From Podarcis pityusensis (taxonomy: Eukaryota), in the NCBI GenBank assembly GCA_964106645.2, contig OZ067039.1: DNA of 64,000 bases; one strand, written 5' to 3'. Positions 46,801 through 60,400 of the stretch are shown in pieces (the stretch's first letter is position 1; each line of letters opens with the position of its first letter). Both the position numbers and the translations under genes were made by a program. The notes under the pieces are model-generated. The model was not told where the DNA came from. It saw only the letters and a list, made by a program, of their open reading frames with translations, and ran no database searches.

Positions 46801-49377
46801 CCATAGGATTGCACAGTTAAGACTGTGAACCTGATAGATGATGAAGTTAAGCAATAAATAGTCTGTTTTCAGGGTGTCCAGTTGTAAGGGATAACAAAAT
46901 TCTTGTAACTTTAGCACTTTTGGGAAAAAAGAGAGAAAGACAGTAATTTAAGCAAGTGCAGCTTTCCTTGATGCTGCATGATGAGTTGCATCTGCCAAAA
47001 ATGTAAATCCCAGCAGCCATGGGGAATCGGTAGCTGTCCAGATGTTAGCTTATGCCATCCCTGACCATTGGTTGCGCTTGTTGGGTCTTATGGGAGTTGG
47101 GAGACAAACAAACTATGGAGGGCCTACATTTTCCCCATCCCTGTGTTAAAATGTGCAGGAGCTCAGCACTCTTTCACATTTGGTCACACTAAAGGACTTG
47201 CAGCAAAAGCAGTTCATGATCAGGGAAGAAAACAAAGAAACAAAAAAGACCCCAACAAACACCAGCCACAATTGTTCCCAATTAGGATTTTTCTGTGAGA
47301 CAACAGCACTTCTATAAAAAACCTTACCCTATCTATCATACCGCAATAGAACAACATGCCTGCATTCAAATAAGAGTAAAACATTGCAAGTCAAACAGCC
47401 ATTTCCCCTAAATATACTGCTTATTCTATTTTCAACTAAAGAAAAATGAAGAGATTAAAATGCAAGGACTTATTTGTTTAAGAACAATTGTAATTAAATA
47501 TTCTATCCTCCCTAGTTTTGGTATATCCGCATGTATACTTAAAAAACAAAGAAGCAAATGTGGGATTTTTGTTTTGTAAAGAACTGAAAGACTGTCAGGT
47601 TTCTCAAATTTGTTAATATTCCTCTTGGCTGACAAATAAAATATTTTATACAAAAAATTGTTTTATTCTAGTATTTTGTCTGTGTGGTCAGTAACTAGTC
47701 ATTCAGAAATGAGTGCCCATACCTATACTATATTATGCTTCTTTTCTTTTCTTTTTTTTAACCACCAAAGAAATACTGCATTCTGAGGTCCATTTCAGAA
47801 ATCTATGCTTTCTGACTTCAATGTCTTTGCAGATAAAGAGGAACCTGTCTGCAATCGCTTGAATTTATTCTCGTTATAAAACTGGCAGTAACAACAGAAG
47901 AAAATGTATGAGCTTGTTTAACATGAATGGATGGGAATGTATAGTATTTTTTCAGACCATGTGTTTAAAAGAATAAAGTCAATAGAATTATTCAGCTTAT
48001 TTTCCCACTCTGTGTATTAATGTAGTCTTCAACTGATCCCCTTTTTATATATTTCCCCCCTCATGGTTTAACACAAATGGACAAGAGGCTCACAATTTTC
48101 AGTTGTTCAAAGTCAAAGCAGCCTCGTATGCTGTAACTTTAGCAGAGCAAGAGAAACAGATGCCCAAACAGGTGTGGGGGCACTCAAGGACTCAGAGAGG
48201 AAAATTCACGCAAAATCTATCACCGCTATATATAATTCAATTTTATTAGGTGTGCTTTATGCTGGTGGATCCTGTTCCATAAATTGAGAGTTAAGTTTGG
48301 AACTCTCACATTGCACTGCTCTTCTAGGGCTTCCCCATCTTAGAAAACGGGTAGCGAATTGCATGTTTGAACACTTCCTCTGTAACAACAAACAACAACA
48401 ACTGTCTGTGGGATGCCCTGATTTGCACAAGAACCGGGGGGGGGGGCAGGAGATGGGGGAGAATTTCAACATGCAATAGCTCACATGGATTCTGAAGTAG
48501 TACCATTCCAACAGCTTGGGACCTCATGACTCATAATCATAGAGACAAGGAAATACCGTACATCTAATAATACCATTGGTCTGTTTAGCTGAGAATTGTC
48601 TATAACTGGCAATGGGTCTCCATGGTTTCAGATAAGGGTCTTTCTAAGCCCCACCTGAAGTGGCTAAGGATGGAGTCTGTGACCTTCTGTATGCAACATA
48701 AATGCTCCATCTATTTAGCTACAGCATCTTCCCCTGAAGGAATTCATTTAAGAACAATTGTATGCCAGCCCTAGTATCTTTAGAGTCACTAGTTTAAATA
48801 CTGGAAAGATGTCATTTCCTCATCATGTCAGGATTACCAAATTTGAAACACAGAGAAATTATTGTCAACACCAGTTCACAGTGCCACCTACTGAACAACA
48901 ACATTGCTGTGCATATACATATGTGTGTGTGCACGCGCGCGCGCACACACACACACGTACACCCCCAGCTTAATTCAACATACAATTCACATTTCACATT
49001 TTAATTATTGTTCACGTTTTCCCCTTAAAATTCAGCTTAGTATTTCATGCCAGTTTGGTGTTTGCAAATAGCAAACATACTGCTTTCATCAACACCTATT
49101 CACATAGCATTTGATAGACTGTATGTACTCAAAAACACTATGCCTCTATTAAAAACCTCATTACAATTTCCACTTCAATTAATCCGTCAGCAAAATCACA
49201 ATAAAAAGTAAAGGTTTGCCCATGTTGTTCCAAATTGATCAGCACTACTAATCAAGACTATGCTATTATATTACTCCCTTAATCACACTCCCTTAATCAT
49301 ATGAGAATTTCTGCGCAGACTAGCTTGATATTGGGGGTGTACTGCTGCCAGTCTGAGGTTCTTTTGCCAGTGCAATA

Positions 49378-49552
49378 CCATATTTACTCGAGTCTAATGT
49401 GCCATCAAATCTAATGTGCACCTTAATTTTCAGACCCTTGAAACCAAAAAAAGTATTTGCTGGCAAATGTAAAGGTGCCATCAAATCTAACTTTAATTTT
49501 CACAGCGTAATTTAGCCAAAAAAAGGTGAGCATTAGATTTGAGTAGCTACAG
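49378..49552. mobile_element. Tc1-mariner/pogo-type MITE with TA TSD
   Basis: TA|CCATATTTACTCGAGTCTAATG ... CATTAGATTTGAGTAGCTACAG|TA; internal direct repeat GTGCCATCAAATCTAA. Confidence 0.75.
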
Positions 49553-49582
49553 TATTTGATATTTGGTGGGATGGGCATGTAT

Positions 49583-49597
49583 GTTGCCATGGGCAAC
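49583..49597. promoter_or_regulatory. RFX X-box (GTTGCC-ATG-GGCAAC) upstream of MEIKIN
   Basis: Two perfect inverted half-sites with a 3-nt spacer. Confidence 0.4.
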
Positions 49598-50392
49598 CTC
49601 CAAGGACACTGACCCTTCCTGGTTCTTTTATTTGCATGGGACTAATCCTTATTTCTTGGTCCCAACAAATGCCCTTGTGAAGAAACTACTCCTAGGCAAA
49701 CAGCACCCCCTCTTCCCAAAACAAGCAAAACAAACTCAGAGAAAACCATACACATCAAACCACACACAGTAGGCCAAGCACAATGCCTGTCCAATAATCT
49801 AAAACATAAAGGAAAGGACACACAACCTTACCATGCAGTGACAGTTTTCTTTCTTACCAGACAGTGACAGTTCTCTCTCTCTTAAAAATTATATTTTTCT
49901 TCTTTTCAGTGTTTTTCTCTTTTCTATCCCAAAGCTAACTCTTGGCCTCCACCTGCCCCACCCTCTTCCTTTCCTAATAAATTTGGGAGTCCTCCTAGAG
50001 GTATTCTGGGAAGAAAGGAAAATGGCCAAACGGTTGAAAATTCCTCCTACAGGTAAAAATAGAAGGGGCTCGAGGCCTGCAGGGGACCCCTGACTTAAAG
50101 TATTTATCAACACAGGTGCAGGTATGGATCAGGTCCTGTAACCTGCGTTTTGGTTTGACTCCTTTATTTCTGCCACGCCAGAAGCCTCAGGATCTTCTGG
50201 CTCTTTGTTGCTGCCATTTGTGTTCTCTCAGAATGGGGCTGAATTTGAAACCTGAGGCAGTTCTCAGTAGGGGAAGGGGAATAAACTGAGGCGATACAGC
50301 TGCCTCCTCTCAGTTGCTCAGGCAGTATTTGTATTCTTTAATCCTAATGTTTCATTTTCTTTTCGCTTGGTTGCATGATCTTTTGCCCATAG

Positions 50393-50599
50393 CACTGCAG
50401 GCAGTTCCAGTTAAAGGCATATCCACGCTGAAACAAAAAGTGGGTTTGGACGTGGCTTGCAGCCTGAGGAACCTTGGGAAGTGTAGTTCTGTGAGGGAAG
50501 CAGGGCTGCCTGCCTGACAGAAAATAGTCGGCACCTTCAAAAAGTTATAATTCATAGAGTGGGCAAAGAACAGTAGCAACAGTTGACAGTGATTTTTAG
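50393..50599 (+). other. Candidate non-coding 5' UTR exon of MEIKIN
   Basis: Branch-like CCTAAT at 50343, pyrimidine tract, AG at 50391-50392, donor TAG|GTATGT at 50600, no ATG inside. The first coding exon has an acceptor, so an upstream exon is expected. Confidence 0.4.
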
Positions 50600-51316
50600 G
50601 TATGTATTGCAGAAAGGTTATACGTGTGGCGCAAAGGAGGTGGTAACATTCAGCAACAAAATCCTATCATAACTAGATTTAAACCAGCTTAATAGTCATC
50701 CCATATCCCCATAGAACTTTGGGAAGCAGAAACAATAGTTTGAGGGATGGAAATGCTTGGGATCTTTAACCAATAACTCAGTCTTGTTTACTAATCTGCA
50801 GCTCCCAGGATTGTTTGTGGATTCATGTGAGAGAAAACTGCCAAAGGTTTATATAGTAATTTGAGTGTAGGGCATTTGGCTGTTGAAATTATATTCTAGC
50901 TAATGTTTGTTTTTTGAAGTGTGTATGTGTGGTGTATGCATGTTTAATTTGGTGAGGGGATCTTTATGATATTTGGGTTTAGAATTGAACGTACTCTCTG
51001 GCACACCTAGCTCCAGTGAAAGCATTTCTGTTCTGTGGGGCTGACGACCCCTTTATACAGTGAGTTAATATAGAGTAATATGGGGGTAAATATGGATTTG
51101 TTTAATCCTTCAGGGAGTAAACCACAGGAGCTTAAACAAGTTTCAATAAAGCCAGCAATCCACCAATAAGACTCTTCCCTTCCCTAAAGGTCATGGTTTT
51201 GGTTTTTCCTGGCATCTGTGCTTGGATTATATTTTACTTTTCAGAACCTCTTTTCTTAGTATTGCCTCTTACCGCTTTGTAGGCAGCATTGCTGTGAGGA
51301 AAAGCAAATAAAGAGG

Positions 51317-51419
51317 ATGGACTGGGTGAAATTGCGTTCCTATTCCCGGAAGAGGCGGGCTCAACAGAATGTCCATTGTGCATCTCCTATCCCAGCTGCG
51401 GCAGCATCTGCTGCTGTAG
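51317..51419 (+). CDS. MEIKIN: MEIKIN first coding exon (MDWVKLRSYSRKRRAQQNVHCASPIPAAAASAAV)
   Basis: Acceptor ttgtAG ending at 51282, strong Kozak context AGGATGG, donor TAG|GTAAAA in phase 1. Confidence 0.75.
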
Positions 51420-54400
51420 GTAAAAGGAATGCTAAAGCCAAAGGGAGTCGGCTGCGCCTAGATCTGCTTTCTGGACCTCGGCAGGAATCTCATGTCAGAA
51501 GTAATTGTTCATGCAACTACCTTGTCCTTCCCCATCACATCCCTGTTTGTCTGGATTAATTACAATATTTATTGTGTCTTTGCGTAGTGGCACAAAGGCC
51601 CTAACTACTCTACTGTGTACTGTCTAAAACTGTGTAGGGGTGAGAATGTACTCTTAATGTAGTCACTTTATGTACTCTTAATGTAGTCACTCTTAATGGA
51701 AACACTTTATTGGTGAAATTGGTAGTGGGGAAGAGGGTGAGGTGTTTGTGAATGTGTTGGGGGCTTATCTCACCTGCTATGTCTTGATGAGTATTGTAGA
51801 AAGCCGCTTGGCCTGCTAAATGCATTACATGGGACACAGAGATGGGGCTCATTGCTTTCCTTAGTTTGGTTTGTATTCATAGTTTTTGTCACAGTTGCTC
51901 AGACCCTGACAACACTGAGCTCATTACTCCAGTATGTGCTCCTTCTGCAACACTGAATGTCAACAGTGAACTCGGTCCTGATGTCAGTCTTTACCATCCC
52001 AGCTAAAAATCACCAGCTGCAAATACAAATCAACTGTCCCCAGGGCACACAAGGATGAATCCTACCCTTTGAGCCACCTCACAGTGGAATCCGGTCTTAG
52101 GATGCAAGCACCATTGAACCTAGTGAAACTTCTCGGTAAACAGGCATAAGATTGGGTCTTGAGCCAGTTGCTGTTTTGCTTTTTCCAAGGTTCTCACTAT
52201 TTTTGAAAGCAACACTCCTGTCACCTGATGTTTTTCCAAGCTGTTGAATCCCCACCCTCTCAGGCCACTTTCTAAATTTATGGTGCTTTCTGGGGCTCCT
52301 CTGCTCAGCGCCATTCTCTTACAGTGGGCAAAGACTCCTGTACGCAATTGTGTGTTCACATATGGTCTGCTGCTGCATGCTAGGATTTGTGGGGTGATGT
52401 AGTGTGCCCCAAACTGACATTAGAAGTCTAGTGGAGCAGTCCTATGTCATCTCAGGAGTAGGTTTGTAGTATTGTAGTGCTGAAACACCTGCATTGGCTG
52501 CCCATATGCTCCCAGACCAGGTCCAGCGTTCTCTTATACAAAGCCCTGATCAACGTGAGTCCAGGATACCATAATGCTTGCCTTAACCCTTATATACCAG
52601 CTCACTCACTGAGATAATTTGGAGAAGTACTGCTGGTTGTCCCCCATATTTCAGAAGCCTGATTGACTTCAACGAGAATTTAGGCATTTAGGATACCTGG
52701 TTCCATTCTGTGAACTCTTCCAGCCTAGATTATTCAGGCATTCTCACAGTTAATTTTCAGGCATCTCTTGAAGATCTTTTTATGCCAGAAGGCCTATGCA
52801 GCTGCTTAAACTTTTGAAGATGAGCCACCCATTTTGTGATTATTTTATATTTTTATGGTATATGTTTTATTGTACATGCATATTTTGTTGATACTTTATG
52901 TGAGGGAGTTTTCTATAAATATTATACATAGCATGCATGCATACATACATACCGTACATACGGACTTTATGCAAACAGAACACTGATGTTGCCATTCAAG
53001 AGTGGTGGTTCATCCAAGTCTCCTCTTTTGGAAATTTTTGATGGTGTTCACAATTATTTCCCCCACACCTGCAGTGGTTAGAAACAGCCATTTTTATAAA
53101 TTGTGTGTGGGTGCCACTGACAACAACACCTGTTCTCATCTGTCGCCAAAATAATTTGCCCCTCTTGAAATGCAAAGAGCAGGTGGTAAATCTGAATATA
53201 GTTATGCACACTTAAGTCAGTGGTGGACTTTGGTCTTTCAGATTTCAGTGTCGCCTTGTGGGCAGCCAAAATTCAGCACCCCCCTTCCTCTCACCACCTG
53301 TTTGGCTCAATTCAGTACATCATAGTTGTGGTTCCCCCTATTGCGGTAGAACCAGTCATGCTGCCCTAAATCCACCTCTGCTTAAATCCTGTTGTTCCTA
53401 GAGGGATTTGCAGATTATTCTCAAATATTTTTGAAGTAAAGTGTTGCTTCATTGTGACATATCCCTCAGTCACATGACAAAAAGATCCTTGTTAGGGGGA
53501 GGAAGATAAAGACTAAGTATGGCTGCAGTCTTACCATATGGAGTATTTACCTGTGTGAAGAATAGGTGGAAATGTAACCTGTTGATGATTATTCTACCCA
53601 GTGCTTTTTTCTTGGGGGACGCAGGGGTACGCATACTCCTAAACATTTTGTGAATCTAGGTTTAGCCTCATTGAGGGGCAGTATTTCAATATGAGTAGGA
53701 AAATGAGAGCACCCCTAAACTTTTTTTTAAAGAAAAAAAGTACTGATTCTACCTAAACAGCTCTTAAAACTGCGCAGCAAAAGCCTTTGAACCAGATAGG
53801 CTTGGTTTACCAAGTGCATTAAATTGGACTGTCAGTAGGGGGAGCTTTTTGCCTTCTGATATTGTACTAAGTCTTGGGAGTATCAAGACTTGCCTTAATT
53901 TCTTTTTTAAAGAAACTGATAGCAAAACCTGATGAAAATTAAAAGGTGCAAAGGAGTTGTTCTTGCAAATCTCTGGAGACTGAGAGCTTAACAGGTGTCT
54001 TGATTTCACAGTTGTACTAGGACCTTCCTTTTGAGAGCAGAAATTCCATTATAGTGCAACTCTGAGGTTTTCTTTTGCTCATTCTTTGTTGACTTGCTAG
54101 AGTTGTGTTGTCCGTAGCCGATACACAAACGAAACAAATGTGGAGTAATCTACTGACCTTGAAGAGAATCTGTTCAGGGTGGGTTAACATGCTTTTTAAT
54201 GCACCCAACTGTATGTGCACATGTCTTTGCTTTGTTTGCATGCCAAACTATGGTGTATCAGGGCTATGCAGACTCCTGAAGAGGATCTCACAGCTGCTTT
54301 ACTTCCCCCAAGTCATTTTACTCCTGTACTGCGATGAGTTTGGGTTGGCTTAGCTTGTTGTACAAACCTAGGCTCATGGTTAAGCTCTTTCCAAGTAACC

Positions 54401-57400
54401 ATGTAGTTACTGTGACATATGAACTAGTCTTGCATATATTCCCATACATACCTAGGCAGCCACACCAATTGCAGAGTGAGGAATGGCAGGCCAGCCTAGG
54501 CAAACTGTTTAATGGAGCATTCCAATAAATGATCCCGCAGTGAGGTTTAACAGAAGGGTAAGTAGGCCATTCACCCAGTGTTTAGCAATCTGCTAGGTGA
54601 CGTGTTTGCCACCCTCCATTAAATGCAATTGCAGCAGGGAAGGGTGTTTCACCAAGCAGTTTAGCAAGCTGCACTTTGAAGGCCCTCTCCATTAAACCTC
54701 TCTTCAGCCATGTTTGGTAATCTGATGGGTAGATGGGAGCTTGCATCCAACACACCATATCCTTCAACCCTTGCCCCCGAGGTTTGAAAGCCCCATGGGT
54801 CACTTGAAGTCCCAACAATCAGGGCTTTAAAGGGAAACATTGCCTGGTGTCACTATGATGTCAGGTGGGCAGCATGGAGGGCGGGGACGGACTATGGGGT
54901 TTATGGGTGAAGTTTAAAGAATGGGGAGTTAACCCAGGGGGTTGGTGAGCAGGGGCAGAACCCCTTGTGTGTGTAAGTGTGTGTGTGTGCGTCTATGGAA
55001 ATGTAAGTTGAGTGGCTAATATACACTCAAAGAAAATGTGCACATAATCCATGAAGAAGAAACTGTGTACATTCCCTGTTCAATATAAATAATCTCAAAC
55101 AGTCATGGAGGAATGTGCATATCTCGGTTTGAATTTTGCACATACTCGGGGCACCAGAAATAATTACATTGAAGCCCTTCACTCAGCACCTGTATACAAG
55201 TTGGGTGAATGCCAAACAACTGTGACGTCTTAACACAAAGAGATGATTCTTACTCTCTCTTTACAACAGAGCAAATCCTTTGGGTAAATGTAGGACTTTA
55301 GGTTACTATCAATTTATACAGTTTATACAATTTGTTCTGTTGGATCATAATCCTGTGTTTGGCTAAACATTCACTTTTTTCTCCCTGTAGGACAAATTGG
55401 AAATGCCTTTAAAAAGGCATTGCCCAAAATTCAAGAAGCCTCTGGGGTGACCCAGATGGACTGTCTTTCAGTGGAACAAAGGTATAGATTCCAGTTATTC
55501 TATTATTGGATCTGGGGGAAGGTCTTGAGTACTTGAGGCCCCATAGATGTTGTTGGACTACAAATCCCATCAACTCTGACAATTGGCTATGCTGATGGCT
55601 TGGAGTCCAACAACTTTTGGAAAGCACCAAGTTCCACACCACCAGTCTAGAAACTGTCAATATGATGATGCAATTCAGCTTTAATTGTATTTATAGGCGT
55701 TATGGCCAGGACAGGAAGGACTTGCCTTGTTTTGAGCAACATCCCCAGAGCAATAATAATGCCAATTTCTGTTGTCAGTGTGTTGGTTTAAATTCAAATT
55801 AAAAGAAATCATTCTTCTCAGAAATTCCAGATATCAGAGTTGGTTTGAAATTGCCTATGAAAAATACACACCCATATTTGTGCTGTATTCCCCCCCCCCC
55901 ATAGCACTGAATTAAATGAAAATGAAAACAGAAGCATGGAGGTGAATAAAAGTATCAATAAAATGGGCACTGCTGTATTAAAGGTATGTATTTAATTGTT
56001 AAACCTCTTAAATCCCAACAAATCTATGTACTACTAGTAGGGTAAAAACGAAAGACTGCTGCACCTTCAGAGTCCAGCCAATCAAAATACATATACAGTA
56101 TTTTGTATGCAGCCAGTGGTGTGTCATGGAGCTGGTTTGCATATCACACTAAGCCAAAATCACAATTAAGCCATGCTAGCTCCTAGGCAGCATGGTAAGT
56201 GGTCAGGGATGATGGGAGTTATAATTCAAAATATATGGAAAGCACCAGGTTGTTTCTGTATGTATTCTGTGGTTCTGACTTTAAAGTGGGGGCAAATCCA
56301 TCTCTCTGAGGTACGTGGAAATATCCAGGTTTGCAGTAGTCACCAGCATAATTAGTGTACCAGCCTCTCTGATTGCTGGGAGAATTTTAGTGTGGAGGAA
56401 TATTAGAAGTCATACTGTTTCAAGTGGTTGGTGTGGAACAGATGAATTGTCATAAAGACCTATGAATATTGTCCAGGCAAGTTCATGGTTATGCTCTATT
56501 CACATTGACTTGGATAGTGGCTGGAAATGTGCATCAATCACAATGAAATTTATACAAGTTGACAATACCACTATAGAGGTTCAATGCCCAGGAAATAACC
56601 ACCATATGTGTTCAGCTTTAAATTATTCTCTCTGTCATGTTAGTCTCCACACAGTACCTCTGATCTTAACAGAGACTGTGCTTAGAAGAAATTCTGGGGC
56701 TTTGTGGTGAATGAGAAATTCTCCCATTCTGCTTGATGACCTTCTGCAGATGAACAATTTACATAATTTAAAATTGCTTCCATGTGGCCACTGATAATAC
56801 ATTTCAAATCCAAGAGTTGCTCTGATCAATGTTAAGGAATATTTTGTTAATGACAAAACTGTGCAGAACTATTTCTTTCTGAGAAATTATTTTCATGAAT
56901 TTTGTATGGTCATAAGGGAAATCACAGTTTTATCTACGTCATACCTTGTCATCTGCATCTTTCACTGTTGTTCTTAGGATTCTTTGCATTTAAGCTCTGC
57001 AAGTAAAGAGAGTGTGAGATATAGTGAAACTACATCAGGTGAGTATGCTTAAGCATACTGGATCAGGAACTGTATTCTTCTAAATATTATTCCAAGTTCC
57101 CTAATGTGACTAGTCCTCATGTTAATATTTTAGTTCCCCCAACCCAATTTTAATTCCCCCAACCCAGCTCTGTGGCCAGTGCTGAAGCTTTCCTCAGGAG
57201 CAATTCATATCACTAGTGTTTCTTGTTCAGCCTTCTACATAAGAAGAAGAAGGGCAGGAAAAAAAATGAATTATTGGGTGAACAGGAGTGAATAACCTTT
57301 GGCCCTTCAGATGTTGCTGAATTACAACTCCCATAATCCCATAATCCCTGAGCACTTGGACTGCTGGAAGTTGTAGTTCAGCAACCTCTGGAGGGCCACA

Positions 57401-60400
57401 GTTTCTTCACCTCTGATCTAGAAATACCAGTGGGTGTTCTAGATAGCTTTGCTGAATGCTTGGGCTTCAAGTTGGTGCTAGCAGCATTGGTTTAGGTCAT
57501 GTACTTGGTTATGTATTATAACTAGAGATTTGCAGACCTTTAAAAAAAACACAGAAAAACGTTTTTCCAGTTTTTTCCTATTTCCGAAAAATTGGAGGAA
57601 AGGTTCTTCCCCCCACTATTTTTTCTTGGGGGGGGGGGAGCAATTCCAGGCCTTCACATCACTAATTATAACAGACTTCTAAAAATTCAAGTAGATTTTG
57701 AGCACCAGTCTGTAGACCAGGATATAACTTTTAATGCCTTGCGGATCTGTATAGCCCAAATATGTGGATAATAACTTAATATTCATTCCCATCAACAATC
57801 CTTTTAATTGACTACTCACAGTGGCTGATGGCACCTAAGTCCTAGTCTTATTTCCACCCTAATCATATTGTGCACTTTGGGTCATTTGGTCCACTGCCCA
57901 TCTGATGAAGAAAAGGGATCGCCAGTTACTTTGTTGAAATCCTCAATATTCTTATGAAAAATTGTTAATATATTATAAACCTGTTCTGTTCAGTTTAATT
58001 AACCATTTTAAACCATGGCACTACATAGAAGTGGTGCTGTTTATCATTTCCAGGATACCTACAGAATTTCTTTTATATAGAATAAATATATTACTGTTAT
58101 GATGGAAGCTGAACATTGCATGTATACTGAAACAAGTGCAGAGGTTTGAGTATTGGACTAGGAGACTATGGTTCAAATGCGCTTTCAGCCATGAAACTCA
58201 CTGGGTTACTTTGGCCCAGTTGCCATCTTTCAATCAAACCTCCCTCACAGGGTTATTGTGAGGGTAAAAGAGGGATGGAAAGAACCATGTGGATGTATGT
58301 CACCTGGAGCTCCTTGGAGGAAATTTAGGACATGTAACGTAATAATAAATGAAAACTAATCCAATTGAACCTATTACTGTTGCTGTTCTCCATCCTTCTC
58401 TCATGTGGCCTGCCTTCTGTTCACAGGACTATATTGTATAACCTATTGCAACATACAGTCTTTTTATTTCAAACTGAAACCCAGATCTTAACATTTGTAT
58501 GCATTTATAGGTGCCCAGCATATCAGGGTACCTGAATGAGCACTTTAAGACTGAGCAGTGTCCTGATCTCATTTTCCCTTTATTTCCAGGAATGACTTTA
58601 CCCACAGGTGTTTCACATTTTCTGCTGCAGTGTTTGGATGAAGAGTCTTCTCTGTGCTCTAATACAGAATCTAGTGATGGAGCAAGTACTTATTCATCAC
58701 CTGAGATATTCAGAGATGAAAACACATTAGGTATGCATGCTTATGCTCTACATGTGGGAGTGACCGTTTGAGAAAAGCATGTGTGCTCTCATCTATATTT
58801 TTTAGTTGCAGAATGTATGGCAGAAATTGGGAACCTGTGGCCCTCCAGATGTTGCTTTCTTTTCAGCCCCAGCAAGCATGGCCAATAGTCAGGGATCATA
58901 GTATCTTAGAATTTGTAGAGTTTGAAGGGATCACGAGGGTCATCTAGTCCAACCCCCTGTAATGCAGGAATATTTTGCCCAACATGGGGCTCAAACCCAT
59001 GACCCTGAAATCAGGGTCTAGTAGACTCATGGTCTACTGACTCAGCTGTCCCAGAGAGGAAAAACATTTGGAGAGCAGTTGACTCCACATCCCTGCTGTA
59101 AGGCCTGACTACATTGCATTTTTATTTGCTTAATCAAGCCCATCACATAGTCAAGTGGGGAAAACTTTGCTAATTGATTGTTGCCAAATGCCTCTTAATT
59201 TGGTCAGAGAATGACCATTTAATCCAAGGCTAGAGTTCAGAGTGTCCTTGGCAATTCTTGACCTATACTACATTTTTTTGATTGGCTTAACCCCAGCACT
59301 GGGCAATCAACCATGCATCGATTGCTGAACAAGTGCTTCAAATTACATTCTCAATTATTGTTTGTAGGGAGGGGATCTAAAGTCTTTACACTTTATGCCA
59401 TAATAAGCCAACTGAAATCTGTGGAGGTTCTTCAAGAGTGATCAGCTTACAAATGCAATGTTAGCAAACTTAGCATTGTAGAACTTCAAGCATTTTAGAA
59501 AGACGGTAGCAACCATATTGTGTTATGTGTTTTAGAAAAAAGCACTGGTCCAGAAGAATGCCTTGGGCACAGGAATTCAACCCTCTTGGATACCAGCAAA
59601 GCCATCAACATAGACAAGATGCCACATGTGCCAAATCTTTCACAGATATTGGGTAACCTTGAACATGTTACATAAATGTTTGGTTGCCAGCTTGAGTTTA
59701 AACCTTTCTTTGATGCAAAGGGCAGCAAATGTGGGTGTCGGGAACTTGAGTTGGTGCTTCCACACTCCAAGTGGCAGAGTTGGATGTCTGGAGATAAAGC
59801 AGCTTGATGATGAGACCATGGGAAGACTAAAATGGTTTGAAAAGGAAAGATTAAGCATCCTAGACACGATTGGTCAAGCTACAGGGTGGGGCAAATTCGT
59901 ATATCCTTTTCTTCAGTCCGTCTCCTGTGTCAGACCAGCATCTATTCAGGGCTCCCCCAGCTGCCCAGCGACTTACTATGACAACTTCATGGTTAGCTCC
60001 AGCACCTATTTTTCTTGGGGAAGAAGCACTCGGAACAAATGTCAATTTGTTTTTCTGTGAATTGACATTTGTTCCAGTTCAGGGCTAAACAGCTGATTTT
60101 CCCGGGGAAAGCAAGGGGCAAGCAAAAATCCTCTTGGACCCATGCCTTGAAAGCACAGGACAAGCAGAAGAGCTCAGACCTGTGCTTTCTGGGCATGGGG
60201 CAAGCAGAGGTGTGGATGAGCCCTATGTTGTGCTGTATTGCTCTAGCTTACCTTGATCACACTCTTCACATTTGATCTCTTCTAGAAACCACTTTAGGAA
60301 AAAAAGACCAGAGCATTACAAGGTAATACCTAAGCAAAATATTGTTACATGCCACCCCAGTCTCTGAGCGGTGTGAGATTCCAGGGGTTCCAGGTGCTTG

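Noticed and set aside
51420-51559. Continuation of the MEIKIN first-exon ORF (GKRNAKAKGSRL...)
   Set aside because: It ends in a stop, and no downstream donor fits the phase of the 55391 exon; the donor at 51420 does. An alternative donor cannot be excluded.
54101-54178. Possible extra MEIKIN exon (AG...GG|GTGGGT)
   Set aside because: Open only in phases incompatible with the flanking exons.
58970-59047. tRNA-Lys gene on the - strand (also at 62220)
   Set aside because: The anticodon arm is disrupted and it is fused to a CR1-type tail, so it is a SINE head rather than a functional tRNA.
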